A DNA stretch of 38,111 nucleotides from Oscillospiraceae bacterium (GTDB lineage Bacteria > Bacillota > Clostridia > Oscillospirales > CAG-272). Below, one piece after another: positions 18,752 through 28,083 of this stretch (its first letter is position 1; the number at the start of each line of letters is the position of its first letter). A model generated the notes under the pieces. That model worked only from the letters and a program-made list of their open reading frames with translations, was not told where the DNA came from and searched no databases. The stretch covers positions 1-38,111 of the forward strand of contig WREN01000002.1 of assembly GCA_009779295.1 (NCBI GenBank), read 5' to 3'. A program made the translations under genes and the position numbers.

Positions 18752-19840
18752 TCACATCCTAATCAGACTATCCAAACCGTTTTTTAACTCTATAATAAAT
18801 CTGTCGATTTCCTCGATTGTATTAAACGCGCTCAAACTGATCCGCAGCGAACAATCCGCTTCCATTTCATTTAATCCAAACGCTAAAAGAACATGGCTCC
18901 GTTTGTTTTTCGAACACGCTGAACCGCTCGATACATAAATTCCTTTGCCGGAAAGATAATGCAGCATGGTTTCGCTTTTGATCCGCGGCAGTGTGATGCT
19001 GATGATGTGCGGGGCGTATTCGCCATGCGGAATATTTACTTTTACAGGCAAATTTTCAATCAAATGATCTCTTAAATTTATATCCGCCTTATATTTCACA
19101 GCTTCGCCGAAACCCGCGATCCCCGCCGTGTTTTCCGTTCCCGACCGGAATCCACGCTCCTGGCCGCCTCCGTATATGATCGACACCAACCGTTTCGATG
19201 TTATCACCTGTTCTTTGCAGAACAACGCTCCGATTCCTTTCGGACCGTGTATCTTATGCGCGCTCAATGTTATAAGATCGGCGTTAATTCCGCAAACCCT
19301 CCCAAAACCCTGCACCGCGTCGCAATGCGTGACGGCTGCGGGGTTGATCCTTTTGACAGCGTCGAAGATGGTTTTCACGTCGTAAACCGCGCCGGTTTCG
19401 TTGTTGACAAGCATGACCGAAACGAGCATGGTATCTTCGTTGACGGCGTTCTTCACTTCTTCAATGTCGATAACGCCGTGTTTCGTCGAGAGAAACACGA
19501 CTTCAACGTCATCCAATACTTTAACCGCTTCAAGAATCGACGGATGCTCGCTGTCGGTGGTGACGATGCGTTTGACTTTGCGGTTCTTGGCGCGGATAGT
19601 TCCGGACACGGCAAGATTGTTCGCTTCGGTTCCGCTGCCGCAGAAGATTATCCGCCCCTGCATTTTCAACGCTTTTAATATGTTACGCCGCGCTTCGGTG
19701 ATAACGTTCTCCGCCTCAAATCCGGCGGCGTGCAATGACGAAGGGTTGCCGTGGATGTTTTCGTAAACGTGCGTCATAACGTCAATGACTTCGCGGCGTA
19801 TCGGCGCGGACGCGCTGTTGTCAAGATATATTTTATTCAT
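18752..19840 (-). CDS. iscS: Cysteine desulfurase (IscS/NifS family)
   Basis: IYLDNSAS, GNPSSLH, GTEANN, HCDAVQ, SAHKIHGPKG (PLP Lys), SSGSACS (catalytic Cys). Confidence 0.93.
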   Translation of the reverse strand: MNKIYLDNSASAPIRREVIDVMTHVYENIHGNPSSLHAAGFEAENVITEARRNILKALKMQGRIIFCGSGTEANNLAVSGTIRAKNRKVKRIVTTDSEHPSILEAVKVLDDVEVVFLSTKHGVIDIEEVKNAVNEDTMLVSVMLVNNETGAVYDVKTIFDAVKRINPAAVTHCDAVQGFGRVCGINADLITLSAHKIHGPKGIGALFCKEQVITSKRLVSIIYGGGQERGFRSGTENTAGIAGFGEAVKYKADINLRDHLIENLPVKVNIPHGEYAPHIISITLPRIKSETMLHYLSGKGIYVSSGSACSKNKRSHVLLAFGLNEMEADCSLRISLSAFNTIEEIDRFIIELKNGLDSLIRM

Positions 19841-20349
19841 TATTTAAATGTGAACCTGTTGATAATTTTCGCGACATCCTCGAGATTCTTCTCATAATTC
19901 TCCGGAACGGCGGTATAGGTCATTATATACACGGTACCCCCATGCAAACGCACTACCTGCATGAATTTGTATGCGGTACCTGTCAAGGTAGCGCTGTACT
20001 CATAACAATTCGCTTCGTAACCGTTCAGAAGTATCTTATTGACGGTCTCGTATTCAATATCGAGGAAAATTGTTTCGAGATCTTTTTTGTACCCTTCCCA
20101 GAATTCGTCGGGCGTCATTTGCTCTTTAGTTTCAAACGCGATGACATTAATACTCGAACGGTCGCTTTCGCTCACGTACGCGCCCATGTAACCGGTTGAA
20201 TCGTCGCTTGTGACGATCCAATCGTCCGGAACATAAAGGTTATACGTAACGAAATTGTTCGAAATCAACTTCATTCCGGCAAGCGTTGCGTCAACTTTCG
20301 CGCACGAAACCAATACCAGCAATAATATTATCATAATAAATTTTCTCAT
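19840..20349 (-). CDS. Lipoprotein, PsbP/DcrB-like fold
   Basis: Lipobox LVSC, VPDDW, YIMTYTA...F.F C-terminal pattern. Confidence 0.65.
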   Translation of the reverse strand: MRKFIMIILLLVLVSCAKVDATLAGMKLISNNFVTYNLYVPDDWIVTSDDSTGYMGAYVSESDRSSINVIAFETKEQMTPDEFWEGYKKDLETIFLDIEYETVNKILLNGYEANCYEYSATLTGTAYKFMQVVRLHGGTVYIMTYTAVPENYEKNLEDVAKIINRFTFK

Positions 20350-20483
20350 GTTTTTACCCCATGTTTTTTATAGATTATAAAATTTTAATAAAATTATACA
20401 ATTAATATATTAATTATTCATGCAATCTTTTATAAGATTAACAAATAGTTTACAAATCGAAGTGCGATATTCAACATTATTTA

Positions 20484-20512
20484 TTGACAAATTATTAACT
20501 GTAAGATATAAT
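20484..20512 (+). promoter_or_regulatory. Consensus sigma-70/A promoter of the pilus-like operon
   Basis: TTGACA-17 nt-TATAAT. Confidence 0.8.
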
Positions 20513-20550
20513 AACTAACGACGAAAATATTTCGTAAAGGATTTTTTTAA

Positions 20551-21798
20551 ATGAAATTATTAAATAGCAAATTTATATTTATATTTTTATGTTTAATATT
20601 GCTGTACAGCTGTAATAAACAAAGCGCTCTGCCGCCTGATATAGAGACTACGGTCGCAGTTAAACCGATAGATTCGGACAGCACTACCTTAATTGAAACC
20701 GCTCCGCCGGAAACTGAAACCACAACGCCGCCTGAGACGACTACAACCAAATCTCCCGAAACTACAACTACCACCGCTGAAACTACAACCAAACCGCCCG
20801 AAACAACCACTACTACAGCTCCCGTTACCACCACTAAACCTCCGGTGACTACTACAACGTCTCCTCCCGTTACGACAACTTTATCGCCGTCAACAACGAT
20901 CCCGCTGGCTGCGCCAGTTAAACCTAAAATAGATGAAGACGCAATTTTCAAAGGGGCGGCTGTCACAGGACTGAAAATGCCTTCCGCCGACGGTAAATCC
21001 CTTGCCTCAAGGGGCGTAGGTATCATTGATTACTCGAACGCTTCCGAAGGTTATGTTATGGTTAAATACGACGGAAAAACTTCAAACCTGCTCAATGTCC
21101 GCGTCTCGTTCGGCAATGAAATTTTAAACGATTATACGGGGATACTGCCCGGTGAATACGCGACGCTGCCTTTATCCGTCGGAAACGGTTCCTACAAGAT
21201 TACTTTGATGGAAATTGTAAACGGTAAAGGTTCCGGAATCGTTGACGTTACGGTTGACGTTAAATTAACTAATGATATTAACGGCTTCACTTATCCGAAC
21301 TTTTACGCTAATTATAACAAAGATTCCAAAGCCGTTAAAATAGCCGCGTATCTCGTAAAGGATATAAAAGACGAACTCAAAAAAATTGAGGCTATTTATA
21401 ATTATGTCATAACAACGTATTCATATGATTACGATTACGCGAAAAAAGTTATAAATAAGGAAGTTTCGTATCATGTTCCGGACCTCGAAAATATCGTAAA
21501 AAATAAAAAAGGCATTTGTTTCGATTACGCCGCGCTTATGGTGTCCATGCTCCGGAGCGTCGGCATACCGGCAAAGCATATTCACGGATATGCTCCTGAC
21601 GGGAAAGGCACTGAAGTATATCACGCGTGGATCAATACTTATACAAAAGAAACCGGCTGGATCAACGGCATTATTCAATTTGACGGCAAAAATTGGAAAC
21701 TGATGGATCCTACATACGTTTCTACAACAAACTCAAGCGACGCCGGTTATAAGCTTATCGGAGACGGCTCGAAATATAGGAATATGAAATATTTTTAA
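20551..21798 (+). CDS. Transglutaminase-like domain lipoprotein with Thr/Pro-rich stalk
   Basis: Lipobox LYSC, PETTTT repeats, GICFDYA (Cys), YHAWI (His), LMDPT (Asp). Confidence 0.88.
   Translation: MKLLNSKFIFIFLCLILLYSCNKQSALPPDIETTVAVKPIDSDSTTLIETAPPETETTTPPETTTTKSPETTTTTAETTTKPPETTTTTAPVTTTKPPVTTTTSPPVTTTLSPSTTIPLAAPVKPKIDEDAIFKGAAVTGLKMPSADGKSLASRGVGIIDYSNASEGYVMVKYDGKTSNLLNVRVSFGNEILNDYTGILPGEYATLPLSVGNGSYKITLMEIVNGKGSGIVDVTVDVKLTNDINGFTYPNFYANYNKDSKAVKIAAYLVKDIKDELKKIEAIYNYVITTYSYDYDYAKKVINKEVSYHVPDLENIVKNKKGICFDYAALMVSMLRSVGIPAKHIHGYAPDGKGTEVYHAWINTYTKETGWINGIIQFDGKNWKLMDPTYVSTTNSSDAGYKLIGDGSKYRNMKYF
20695..20900 (+). repeat. Low-complexity coding repeats (P-[E/V]-TTTT)
   Basis: ETAPPETETTTPPETTTTKSPETTTTTAETTTKPPETTTTTAPVTTTKPPVTTTTSPPVTTT, with synonymous codons diverged. 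Confidence 0.85.
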
Positions 21799-21825
21799 TT
21801 AAAAATCACGGAACGGAGAAAATAT

Positions 21826-22860
21826 ATGAGTACAATTAAAAATCAACTTAAAAAAATACCCGCGCAGCAAATGAGCGCCATTTTCATGGAACTGGGTCTT
21901 ATCATGCAGGCGGGAATAACTATAGCTGACGGACTTTCCATGCTTGCGGAAGACGAGTCCGATAAAAATTTCAAGAAAATCCTCACTTCGCTTTACGACG
22001 AAACCGTAGTAGGCATGCCGCTTTCGGAAGCTCTGGCAAACGTTAAGGATTTTCCCGGTATATTCCCTAAATACGCGGTCGATATGATCGCCGTCGGCGA
22101 AGGGACGGGACGTTTGGAGCAGGTATTTTTCACGCTGTCGGATTACTATTACCAGCGCGACCAGCTCGCAAAAACCATCCGCGGGGCTATATTGTATCCC
22201 GCCATGCTTCTGGGCATGATCGTACTTATCGTTTTGATTCTCATCACTCAGGTGCTGCCGATTTTCAACACGGTTTACAATCAAATGGGCGCGCAGATGT
22301 CCTCGATTGCGAGCGCGCTTATGAATTTCGGGACGTTTATTACGGAAAATATGGCGATTGTAATAATTATGGCGATTGTTTTATTGGCGGGGATTTTCGT
22401 CGCCGGCAGGCTGCTTTTCAGCCGCAGCGGGCTTATGCGCAATATTTCCGTTTCGCGTTTCGCGGCAAGCCTTTCGATGTCGCTCGCAAGCGGGCTCGGC
22501 GTTGACGAATCGTTCGAAATGGCGCAGAAGATAATAGGCGACAGCGTGTTGACTCCGCAGGTCGAACAATGCAAAAAATTTATCGCGGACGGCGAATCTT
22601 TCTCAAACGCGCTTTCCAAATCAAAAATTTTCCCTGTGCTGTATACAAGTATGCTGTCATCGGGATTTAAAACGGGTTCGGCCGATACTATCATGAACGA
22701 GATCGTCCGCCGTATCGACGAATCCGTAAACGACGAAATCGACGAGCTCGTCGCTTCCGTTGAACCGACGCTTGTTATAATCATGAGCGTGCTGATCGGA
22801 TTTATACTGCTGTCCGTAATGCTGCCGCTTATGAATATAATGACCGTTATCGGGGGATAG
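21826..22860 (+). CDS. Type II secretion system F / PilC-family platform protein
   Basis: Two T2SSF repeats: MIAVGEGTGRLEQVF..LSDYY, AILYP, and SGFKTGS..VEPTLVI..VMLPL. Confidence 0.9.
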   Translation: MSTIKNQLKKIPAQQMSAIFMELGLIMQAGITIADGLSMLAEDESDKNFKKILTSLYDETVVGMPLSEALANVKDFPGIFPKYAVDMIAVGEGTGRLEQVFFTLSDYYYQRDQLAKTIRGAILYPAMLLGMIVLIVLILITQVLPIFNTVYNQMGAQMSSIASALMNFGTFITENMAIVIIMAIVLLAGIFVAGRLLFSRSGLMRNISVSRFAASLSMSLASGLGVDESFEMAQKIIGDSVLTPQVEQCKKFIADGESFSNALSKSKIFPVLYTSMLSSGFKTGSADTIMNEIVRRIDESVNDEIDELVASVEPTLVIIMSVLIGFILLSVMLPLMNIMTVIGG

Positions 22861-22866
22861 ATTCAC

Positions 22867-23187
22867 ATGAAAAACAACGTCCGCCATAAAAGGGTCATCA
22901 CGGTCGAAACTGTCGTATCGATAATTATTTTCGCAGTTATACTTATATTATTCATCGGCGGTTTAAGCGACGCGGCCGGTAACAGCGTCGCGGAAGGCGC
23001 GCGGATCGCGAAAATTTCGCTTATGAGGGCCGCCGCAAGCTGTTACGCGTTTGAGGGCGCTTATCCGTCGGATTATCAGTATTTGGTTGATAATTACGGA
23101 ATCAACGTCGACACGGACAAATATATCGTCCATTACGAAGCCATATCGTCCAACCTTATGCCGAACATTAAAATACTTATTAAATAA
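22867..23187 (+). CDS. Small pilin-like membrane protein
   Basis: Basic N-terminus, hydrophobic helix, then AASCYAFEGAYP..YL..NYGI, a pseudopilin-like segment. Confidence 0.65.
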   Translation: MKNNVRHKRVITVETVVSIIIFAVILILFIGGLSDAAGNSVAEGARIAKISLMRAAASCYAFEGAYPSDYQYLVDNYGINVDTDKYIVHYEAISSNLMPNIKILIK

Positions 23188-23210
23188 AATAAACTAAAAG
23201 GTAGCACTAT

Positions 23211-23705
23211 ATGAATAATTCCTCTCACAAAAAAATAAAACCCCGGTCTTTTGATGTTATTTTTACACTGCTTTTGTTTTGCCTGTTCACTTTTACCGTT
23301 ATGACGACCCTTATTTCGGGCGTAAGCGTGTATAAAAACACCGAAGAGCTAATGCTCAGCCGCTATGAGGAACGGACCGCGCTCGCTTATATTATCACAA
23401 AAGTGCATAACTACGATATACAAGGCAATATCACAGTTAAAAAATTCGGCGACACCGATGCGCTTATATTCACTGAAACTATCGGCGGTATCGATTATCT
23501 TACATATATCTACTGTCATGAAGGCTGGCTGCGCGAACTGTTTATAGACGAGTTTGCGGAATTTGAAGCGCATATGGGCGAGAATATCGTCGAAGCGGAA
23601 AAACTTAACTTTACTATGAAAACATCCGATTTGGTGTATATAAGATACGAATCCGACGGCGGAAAAGTCTGCGAAACGCACGTTAACATACGGAGCGGGA
23701 GGTAA
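23211..23705 (+). CDS. Pilin-like protein (resembles DUF4860)
   Basis: Basic leader, FTLLLFCLF TM, RTALAYI..KV..YD, TYIYCHEGWLRELF. Confidence 0.7.
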   Translation: MNNSSHKKIKPRSFDVIFTLLLFCLFTFTVMTTLISGVSVYKNTEELMLSRYEERTALAYIITKVHNYDIQGNITVKKFGDTDALIFTETIGGIDYLTYIYCHEGWLRELFIDEFAEFEAHMGENIVEAEKLNFTMKTSDLVYIRYESDGGKVCETHVNIRSGR

Positions 23706-23715
23706 GTAAAACAAC

Positions 23716-24120
23716 ATGAAACATAAATACGCGTCAAAATCCGCGCTGTTTTTGATGGAACTGCTCATAGCGATACTGGTATTCTCGTTTACGACGGCGA
23801 TCTGTATGCGCATATTCGTCCACGCCAAACTGACGGCGGATTACGCCGGAAATCTGAGCATAGCGGTAACAGCGGCGCAGAACGCCGCGGAATGTTACAA
23901 AGCGAGCGGCGGTAATTTAATACGCGCAGCCGAAATTCTCGGCGTTGAAACGCTGAACGATAAAATCGAATACGCGCTTGAGCACGAAATGACGCTGGAG
24001 CTGACCGAGTCGGGAAGAAGCGGACTCTACACTTCCTGCGAGATTGCCGTTTACTTGTTTAACGGGGACGAGATATACAGGATCGAAGTCGGCGCTATAA
24101 ACGAAAAAGGGGTGAGATAA
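23716..24120 (+). CDS. Minor pilin-like protein with class III-like signal
   Basis: MKHKYASKSA|LFLMELLIAILVF, with Glu at +5 after a putative cleavage at Ala. Confidence 0.72.
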   Translation: MKHKYASKSALFLMELLIAILVFSFTTAICMRIFVHAKLTADYAGNLSIAVTAAQNAAECYKASGGNLIRAAEILGVETLNDKIEYALEHEMTLELTESGRSGLYTSCEIAVYLFNGDEIYRIEVGAINEKGVR

Positions 24121-24593
24121 TGGTAGATTACAGAAATATCAACTTCACACAGGAACGCAAATCATACAAACGCTCGCACGGAGTTAACGCCGGAAGCGTT
24201 TCGGTCATTATGATCTTCACCGTTTTATGTCTCGCCGTGTTCGCGATCCTGACAATGGTTTCCGCCAATGCGGAATTGCGGCTGGCGCAGAAATATTCAA
24301 ATTCCGTAACTAAATATTACGCCGCCGACAACATCGTTTCGCAATTCGTAGCGGAAATCAAAAACGCCCCTTCTCTATCCGTTGCTGAATCCATAGCGCG
24401 TAAATACGGGGCCTCAACCAATTTTTACGACGATGGATTATACATTACCTACGTTGCAGAAGCCGACGAGAGATCAAGGATAACAGTCGAAATGACCGTA
24501 ACGGAAACGGGCGACACGATCACAGCTTATTATCAATTCACCGAGAGCGGTTTTGTTATGGAATTCAGTTTCGGCATATGGATGGGGGAGTGA
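24120..24593 (+). CDS. Pilin-like protein lacking E5 (PilX/GspK/ComGG-like position)
   Basis: NAG|SVSVIMIFTVLCLAVFAILT..SA, then YYAAD. Last of four pilin-like genes. Confidence 0.62.
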   Translation: MVDYRNINFTQERKSYKRSHGVNAGSVSVIMIFTVLCLAVFAILTMVSANAELRLAQKYSNSVTKYYAADNIVSQFVAEIKNAPSLSVAESIARKYGASTNFYDDGLYITYVAEADERSRITVEMTVTETGDTITAYYQFTESGFVMEFSFGIWMGE

Positions 24594-24597
24594 TTTT

Positions 24598-25668
24598 ATG
24601 ATGGATTTGAAAACATTGTTAAAAGCCGCCGTAGATAATTCGGCGTCTGATATATTTATCGTGTCCGGTATACCGCTGTCGATGCGCGTCAACGGCGTTA
24701 TAAACATCGTAGATGGCGACAACGAAAAGGTAATGCCGCCGATCGCGCGTGCGATCATTGATGAAATATACGAGCTTGCCAAACGCGACATTCAAAATCT
24801 GATTGATAAAGGCGACGATGATTTTTCTATAACTATTCCGGGGCTGTCGCGGTTCAGAGTCTGCGCGTACAAACAGCGCAATTCGCTTGCCGCCGTCATC
24901 CGCATCGTCAAATTTGACATTCCCGATTACAAATCTATAGGCGTGCCTGAGGAAGTCATGAACATCGTCCGCGTGAAGCAGAAAGGGCTTATTTTAATCA
25001 CCGGTCCGGCGGGCGGCGGGAAATCGACGACTCTCGCCTGTATGATCAATGAAATAAACAGACTTCAAAAGGGACATATTATCACGGTTGAAGATCCTAT
25101 AGAATTTATTTTCCGCAATGACGGATGTATTTTCAGCCAGCGTGAACTTGCCAGCGATACGGACGATTATATCACTGCGCTGCGCGCGAGCCTGCGCCAG
25201 GCGCCGGACGTTATTTATATCGGCGAAATGCGCGATTTTGAAGCGATCAAAGCCGTTCTGACCGCCGCGGAGACGGGGCATACTATCATTTCCACTTTGC
25301 ACACGGTCGGCGCGGTCAACACCATCGACCGCATTATAGACGTGTTCCCGCCGCAGCAGCAGCAGCAGGTACGTATGCAGCTTTCGAATCTGTTGCGTTC
25401 GGTGGTATCGCAGCAGCTTCTCCCCACAGTTGACGGAAAACTTGTTCCGGCTTTTGAAATTATGAATCTCAACAGCGCTATCTCGAACCTTATCCGCGAA
25501 TCTAAAATCCATCAGATCGACACCGTTATCCAGACGTCTACAGCAGAGGGAATGATCGCCATGGATAACTATATTTTGAAGTTGCTCAAAGAAGAGAAAA
25601 TCTCGAGAGAAAGCGCTTTGAAATATTCAACAAACCGCGACTTGCTTGAGAAACGTCTGGCAAGGTAG
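24598..25668 (+). CDS. pilT: PilT/PilU-family pilus ATPase
   Basis: ASDIFI, RFRV, TGPAGGGKST, TVEDPIEF, LRQAPDVIYIGEMRD, AETGH..STLH, AISNLIRE (AIRNLIRE motif). No PilB N-terminal domain or Zn-Cys motif. Confidence 0.92.
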   Translation: MMDLKTLLKAAVDNSASDIFIVSGIPLSMRVNGVINIVDGDNEKVMPPIARAIIDEIYELAKRDIQNLIDKGDDDFSITIPGLSRFRVCAYKQRNSLAAVIRIVKFDIPDYKSIGVPEEVMNIVRVKQKGLILITGPAGGGKSTTLACMINEINRLQKGHIITVEDPIEFIFRNDGCIFSQRELASDTDDYITALRASLRQAPDVIYIGEMRDFEAIKAVLTAAETGHTIISTLHTVGAVNTIDRIIDVFPPQQQQQVRMQLSNLLRSVVSQQLLPTVDGKLVPAFEIMNLNSAISNLIRESKIHQIDTVIQTSTAEGMIAMDNYILKLLKEEKISRESALKYSTNRDLLEKRLAR

Positions 25669-25690
25669 TAAAACCGTTTATAAACTTCTC

Positions 25691-25719
25691 TTGACAGAAC
25701 GCCTGTTTCATGATATAAT
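25691..25719 (+). promoter_or_regulatory. Consensus sigma-70/A promoter P1
   Basis: TTGACA-17 nt-TATAAT with extended TG. Confidence 0.8.
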
Positions 25720-25741
25720 AAATATATCAGAACAAATGTTT
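25697..25741. promoter_or_regulatory. Two Firmicutes-type LexA (SOS) boxes
   Basis: GAAC-GCCT-GTTT at 25697-25708 in the -35/-10 spacer, and GAAC-AAAT-GTTT at 25730-25741 just after the TSS. Confidence 0.65.
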
Positions 25742-25776
25742 ATATCGGGAAAGGCAAGGGAAAGATTATAAAATTA

Positions 25777-25804
25777 TTGACAAATACCAAAAATATGGTA
25801 TAAT
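25777..25804 (+). promoter_or_regulatory. Sigma-70/A promoter P2
   Basis: TTGACA-16 nt-TATAAT with extended TG. Confidence 0.72.
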
Positions 25805-25839
25805 TGTGTTATAAAAAATTAAAGGAGGCACAGTTTATC

Positions 25840-26745
25840 ATGAGCCGTATGGTTAAAATCGCGACAACATCACTATTAATTGACGATAAATCAAAAACCT
25901 TCGGCGTAGACATTGACAGAGCTGCCGAACTCGCCGAAGCCGCAGGTAAGGAAAACGCCGACATCGTTGTCCTGCCTGAATTGTTCGACGTTTACAGCAT
26001 CGGTCGCCACGATTGGCTGACGCACAGCGGCGAAATCATTCCCGGCGACGGCAGGTTGCAGACGCGATTTGCGGCAATCGCGAAAAAATACAACATGTAC
26101 GTAGTCATCAACATCCTTGAAATAAACGGCGAGAAATTACATAATACTGCCGTTTTATTCAACAGGGACGGCAGTTATAACGGCAAATACCGCAAGACAC
26201 ACCTCGCTCCGGGCGAAGAGGACTACATCACCGCAAGCAACGAATATCCCGTGTTCGAAACGGACTTCGGCAAGGTCGCGATGACAATCTGCATGGATAT
26301 ACACTTCCCAGAACTGTTCCGCATACTGGCGTTGCAGGGCGCGGACATAATCCTTCACCCCACTATGTGGCTTGACTATACCGGCGCGTACTGCGACGTT
26401 TGCGCGTGCGCAAGAGCGATCGATAACGGCATTTATATGGTTACGAGCCATTACGTGAACGTGCCGTTCCTTGCGGGCAGGGCAATGGGTCACGCTGTCG
26501 TCATTGATCCCATGGGGCGGGTTCTCGCCGATACCGGACACAGACCGGGCATAACGACAGCAACCGTTGACTTGGACGAATCGTACGAGTTTTGGGCGGG
26601 AGGCGGCACGGAATTGAAAAAACGCTATCCGACGCTCAAAGACTGCTATTTTAAGATCCGCAAACCGGAAACGTATGGGATATTAACGCGACCGGATGAA
26701 GAGAATGATTGGAAGATAGAGAACCCGACGCTGTATCAGCCTTAG
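25840..26745 (+). CDS. Carbon-nitrogen hydrolase (nitrilase superfamily)
   Basis: Triad LPELF (Glu), YRKTHL (Lys), TICMD (Cys). ATG 25840 behind AAGGAGG. Confidence 0.92.
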   Translation: MSRMVKIATTSLLIDDKSKTFGVDIDRAAELAEAAGKENADIVVLPELFDVYSIGRHDWLTHSGEIIPGDGRLQTRFAAIAKKYNMYVVINILEINGEKLHNTAVLFNRDGSYNGKYRKTHLAPGEEDYITASNEYPVFETDFGKVAMTICMDIHFPELFRILALQGADIILHPTMWLDYTGAYCDVCACARAIDNGIYMVTSHYVNVPFLAGRAMGHAVVIDPMGRVLADTGHRPGITTATVDLDESYEFWAGGGTELKKRYPTLKDCYFKIRKPETYGILTRPDEENDWKIENPTLYQP

Positions 26746-26863
26746 GAATCCCCCCTGTCGCCTGCGGGCGACATCCCCCCTTTAACAAGGGAGGGAAAGA
26801 TAAAACGTTCCTTCCTGCCCACCCTTGCTAAAGGGGGGCTGCCGCCGCAGCGGCGGGGGGATT
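26745..26863. repeat. Inverted doublet of double-hairpin REP-like units
   Basis: GGAATCCCCCC-TGTCGCC(TGCG)GGCGACA-TCCCCCCTTTAACAAGGGAGGG ... CCCTTGCTAAAGGGGGG-CTGCCGCCGCAGCGGC-GGGGGGATT. Confidence 0.88.
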
Positions 26864-26883
26864 TATAGGAGGAATATAAACTT

Positions 26884-28083
26884 ATGAACACCAACACACC
26901 AACCGACCGCGCGCGTTACGGTTATAACGCGTTCAAAAACCTTACGGGCACATTGCCCAACCCATTCCCGCGGATCATGGGACCCAACGCCGGCAAGTAC
27001 GTGCAGGAGGTCGTCGATTCCGGTCTCACCAGCAACATCACCGCGCGGTTCGAGAGCGAATTCGCGCAGGCGCTCGGCGTGAAGTACGTCGTTTCCGCGC
27101 CGGGCTGCTCGAACGCTATCCTCTCGCTCGCCGAAGCGTTGAACTTCAACCGCGGCGACGAAATCATCGTCAGCCCGATCACAGACTACGGCACTATCAT
27201 GGGGATTGTCAAATGCGGCTACGTGCCCGTTTTCGCCGACACCGAGAAGGATAGCTGCCTCATCTCGTGTCAATCCATTACGGAAAGAATCACGCCTAAA
27301 ACCAAAGCCATCCTCTGCGTCCACAAGATGGGCCTTATGTGCGACATGGACAGCATTACCGCATTAGGGTTGCCCGTCATTGAGGACGCCTGCCAAGCCG
27401 TTTTCAGTACATACAAAGACCGCAAAGCCGGAAGTATCGGTTACGCCGGCGCGTTCTCGTTCGACAGCGAGAAGACGATGGGCTCCGACATCGGCGGCTG
27501 TTTCGTCACAAACGACGAGAATCTCTACAACTACGCGCTGTATTTCACGCAGAGCCGCGGCGCGGAGAATAAACCCGGCTACGGGCGTTTGCACGTTGTT
27601 CCCGGAAGCGCGATGAGGATGCCGTCCTGTACCGCAGCTATCAATCTCGCGCAGCTTGAGATCCTGCCGGAGAACGTCGCGACACGCGACAAGATGATCC
27701 GCTGCATATACGAAATGCTCGCGACAATTGACGGTATAACCGTCGAAGCGCCGAAGGATTATCAGGAAGTCTTTTCATGCTGGATGGCTGGGTTCAGGGT
27801 TGATTTACAAAAATTCAACTGCACGCTCGAACAATTCGCCGACGCCTGCGTTCAAAAGGGCTTCACGGGTCTGGGCACGGGGTATTACTATCTGCTCCCC
27901 GAAGCCTGCACGTTCCTGCACGGTTTATTCGGATATGACTACAATATTTCCCAATATCCGAACGCGGTCGATTACTTGTCCAACTTCCTGCGCTGGTCGA
28001 CTTTCTGCGAGAAGTACACCGAAAAAGATTGCGAACTCGTGTATTCGATCGTGAGCGGCGTTGCGGAGGAATTCAGGAAATGA
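26884..28083 (+). CDS. DegT/DnrJ/EryC1/StrS-family PLP aminotransferase
   Basis: FESEFA, PVFAD, ITPKTKAILCVH, VIEDACQA, FSFDSEKTM (PLP Lys). Confidence 0.9.
   Translation: MNTNTPTDRARYGYNAFKNLTGTLPNPFPRIMGPNAGKYVQEVVDSGLTSNITARFESEFAQALGVKYVVSAPGCSNAILSLAEALNFNRGDEIIVSPITDYGTIMGIVKCGYVPVFADTEKDSCLISCQSITERITPKTKAILCVHKMGLMCDMDSITALGLPVIEDACQAVFSTYKDRKAGSIGYAGAFSFDSEKTMGSDIGGCFVTNDENLYNYALYFTQSRGAENKPGYGRLHVVPGSAMRMPSCTAAINLAQLEILPENVATRDKMIRCIYEMLATIDGITVEAPKDYQEVFSCWMAGFRVDLQKFNCTLEQFADACVQKGFTGLGTGYYYLLPEACTFLHGLFGYDYNISQYPNAVDYLSNFLRWSTFCEKYTEKDCELVYSIVSGVAEEFRK

Noticed and set aside
25350-25368. CAG repeat (QQQQQ) in pilT as a phase-variable tract
   Set aside because: An in-frame triplet run in a normally Gln-rich PilT segment, so it cannot shift the frame.
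21826-25668. Com competence pilus (comG operon)
   Set aside because: The ATPase is PilT-like and last in the operon, there is no ComGC-like GFTLxE pilin, and no DNA-uptake genes are nearby.
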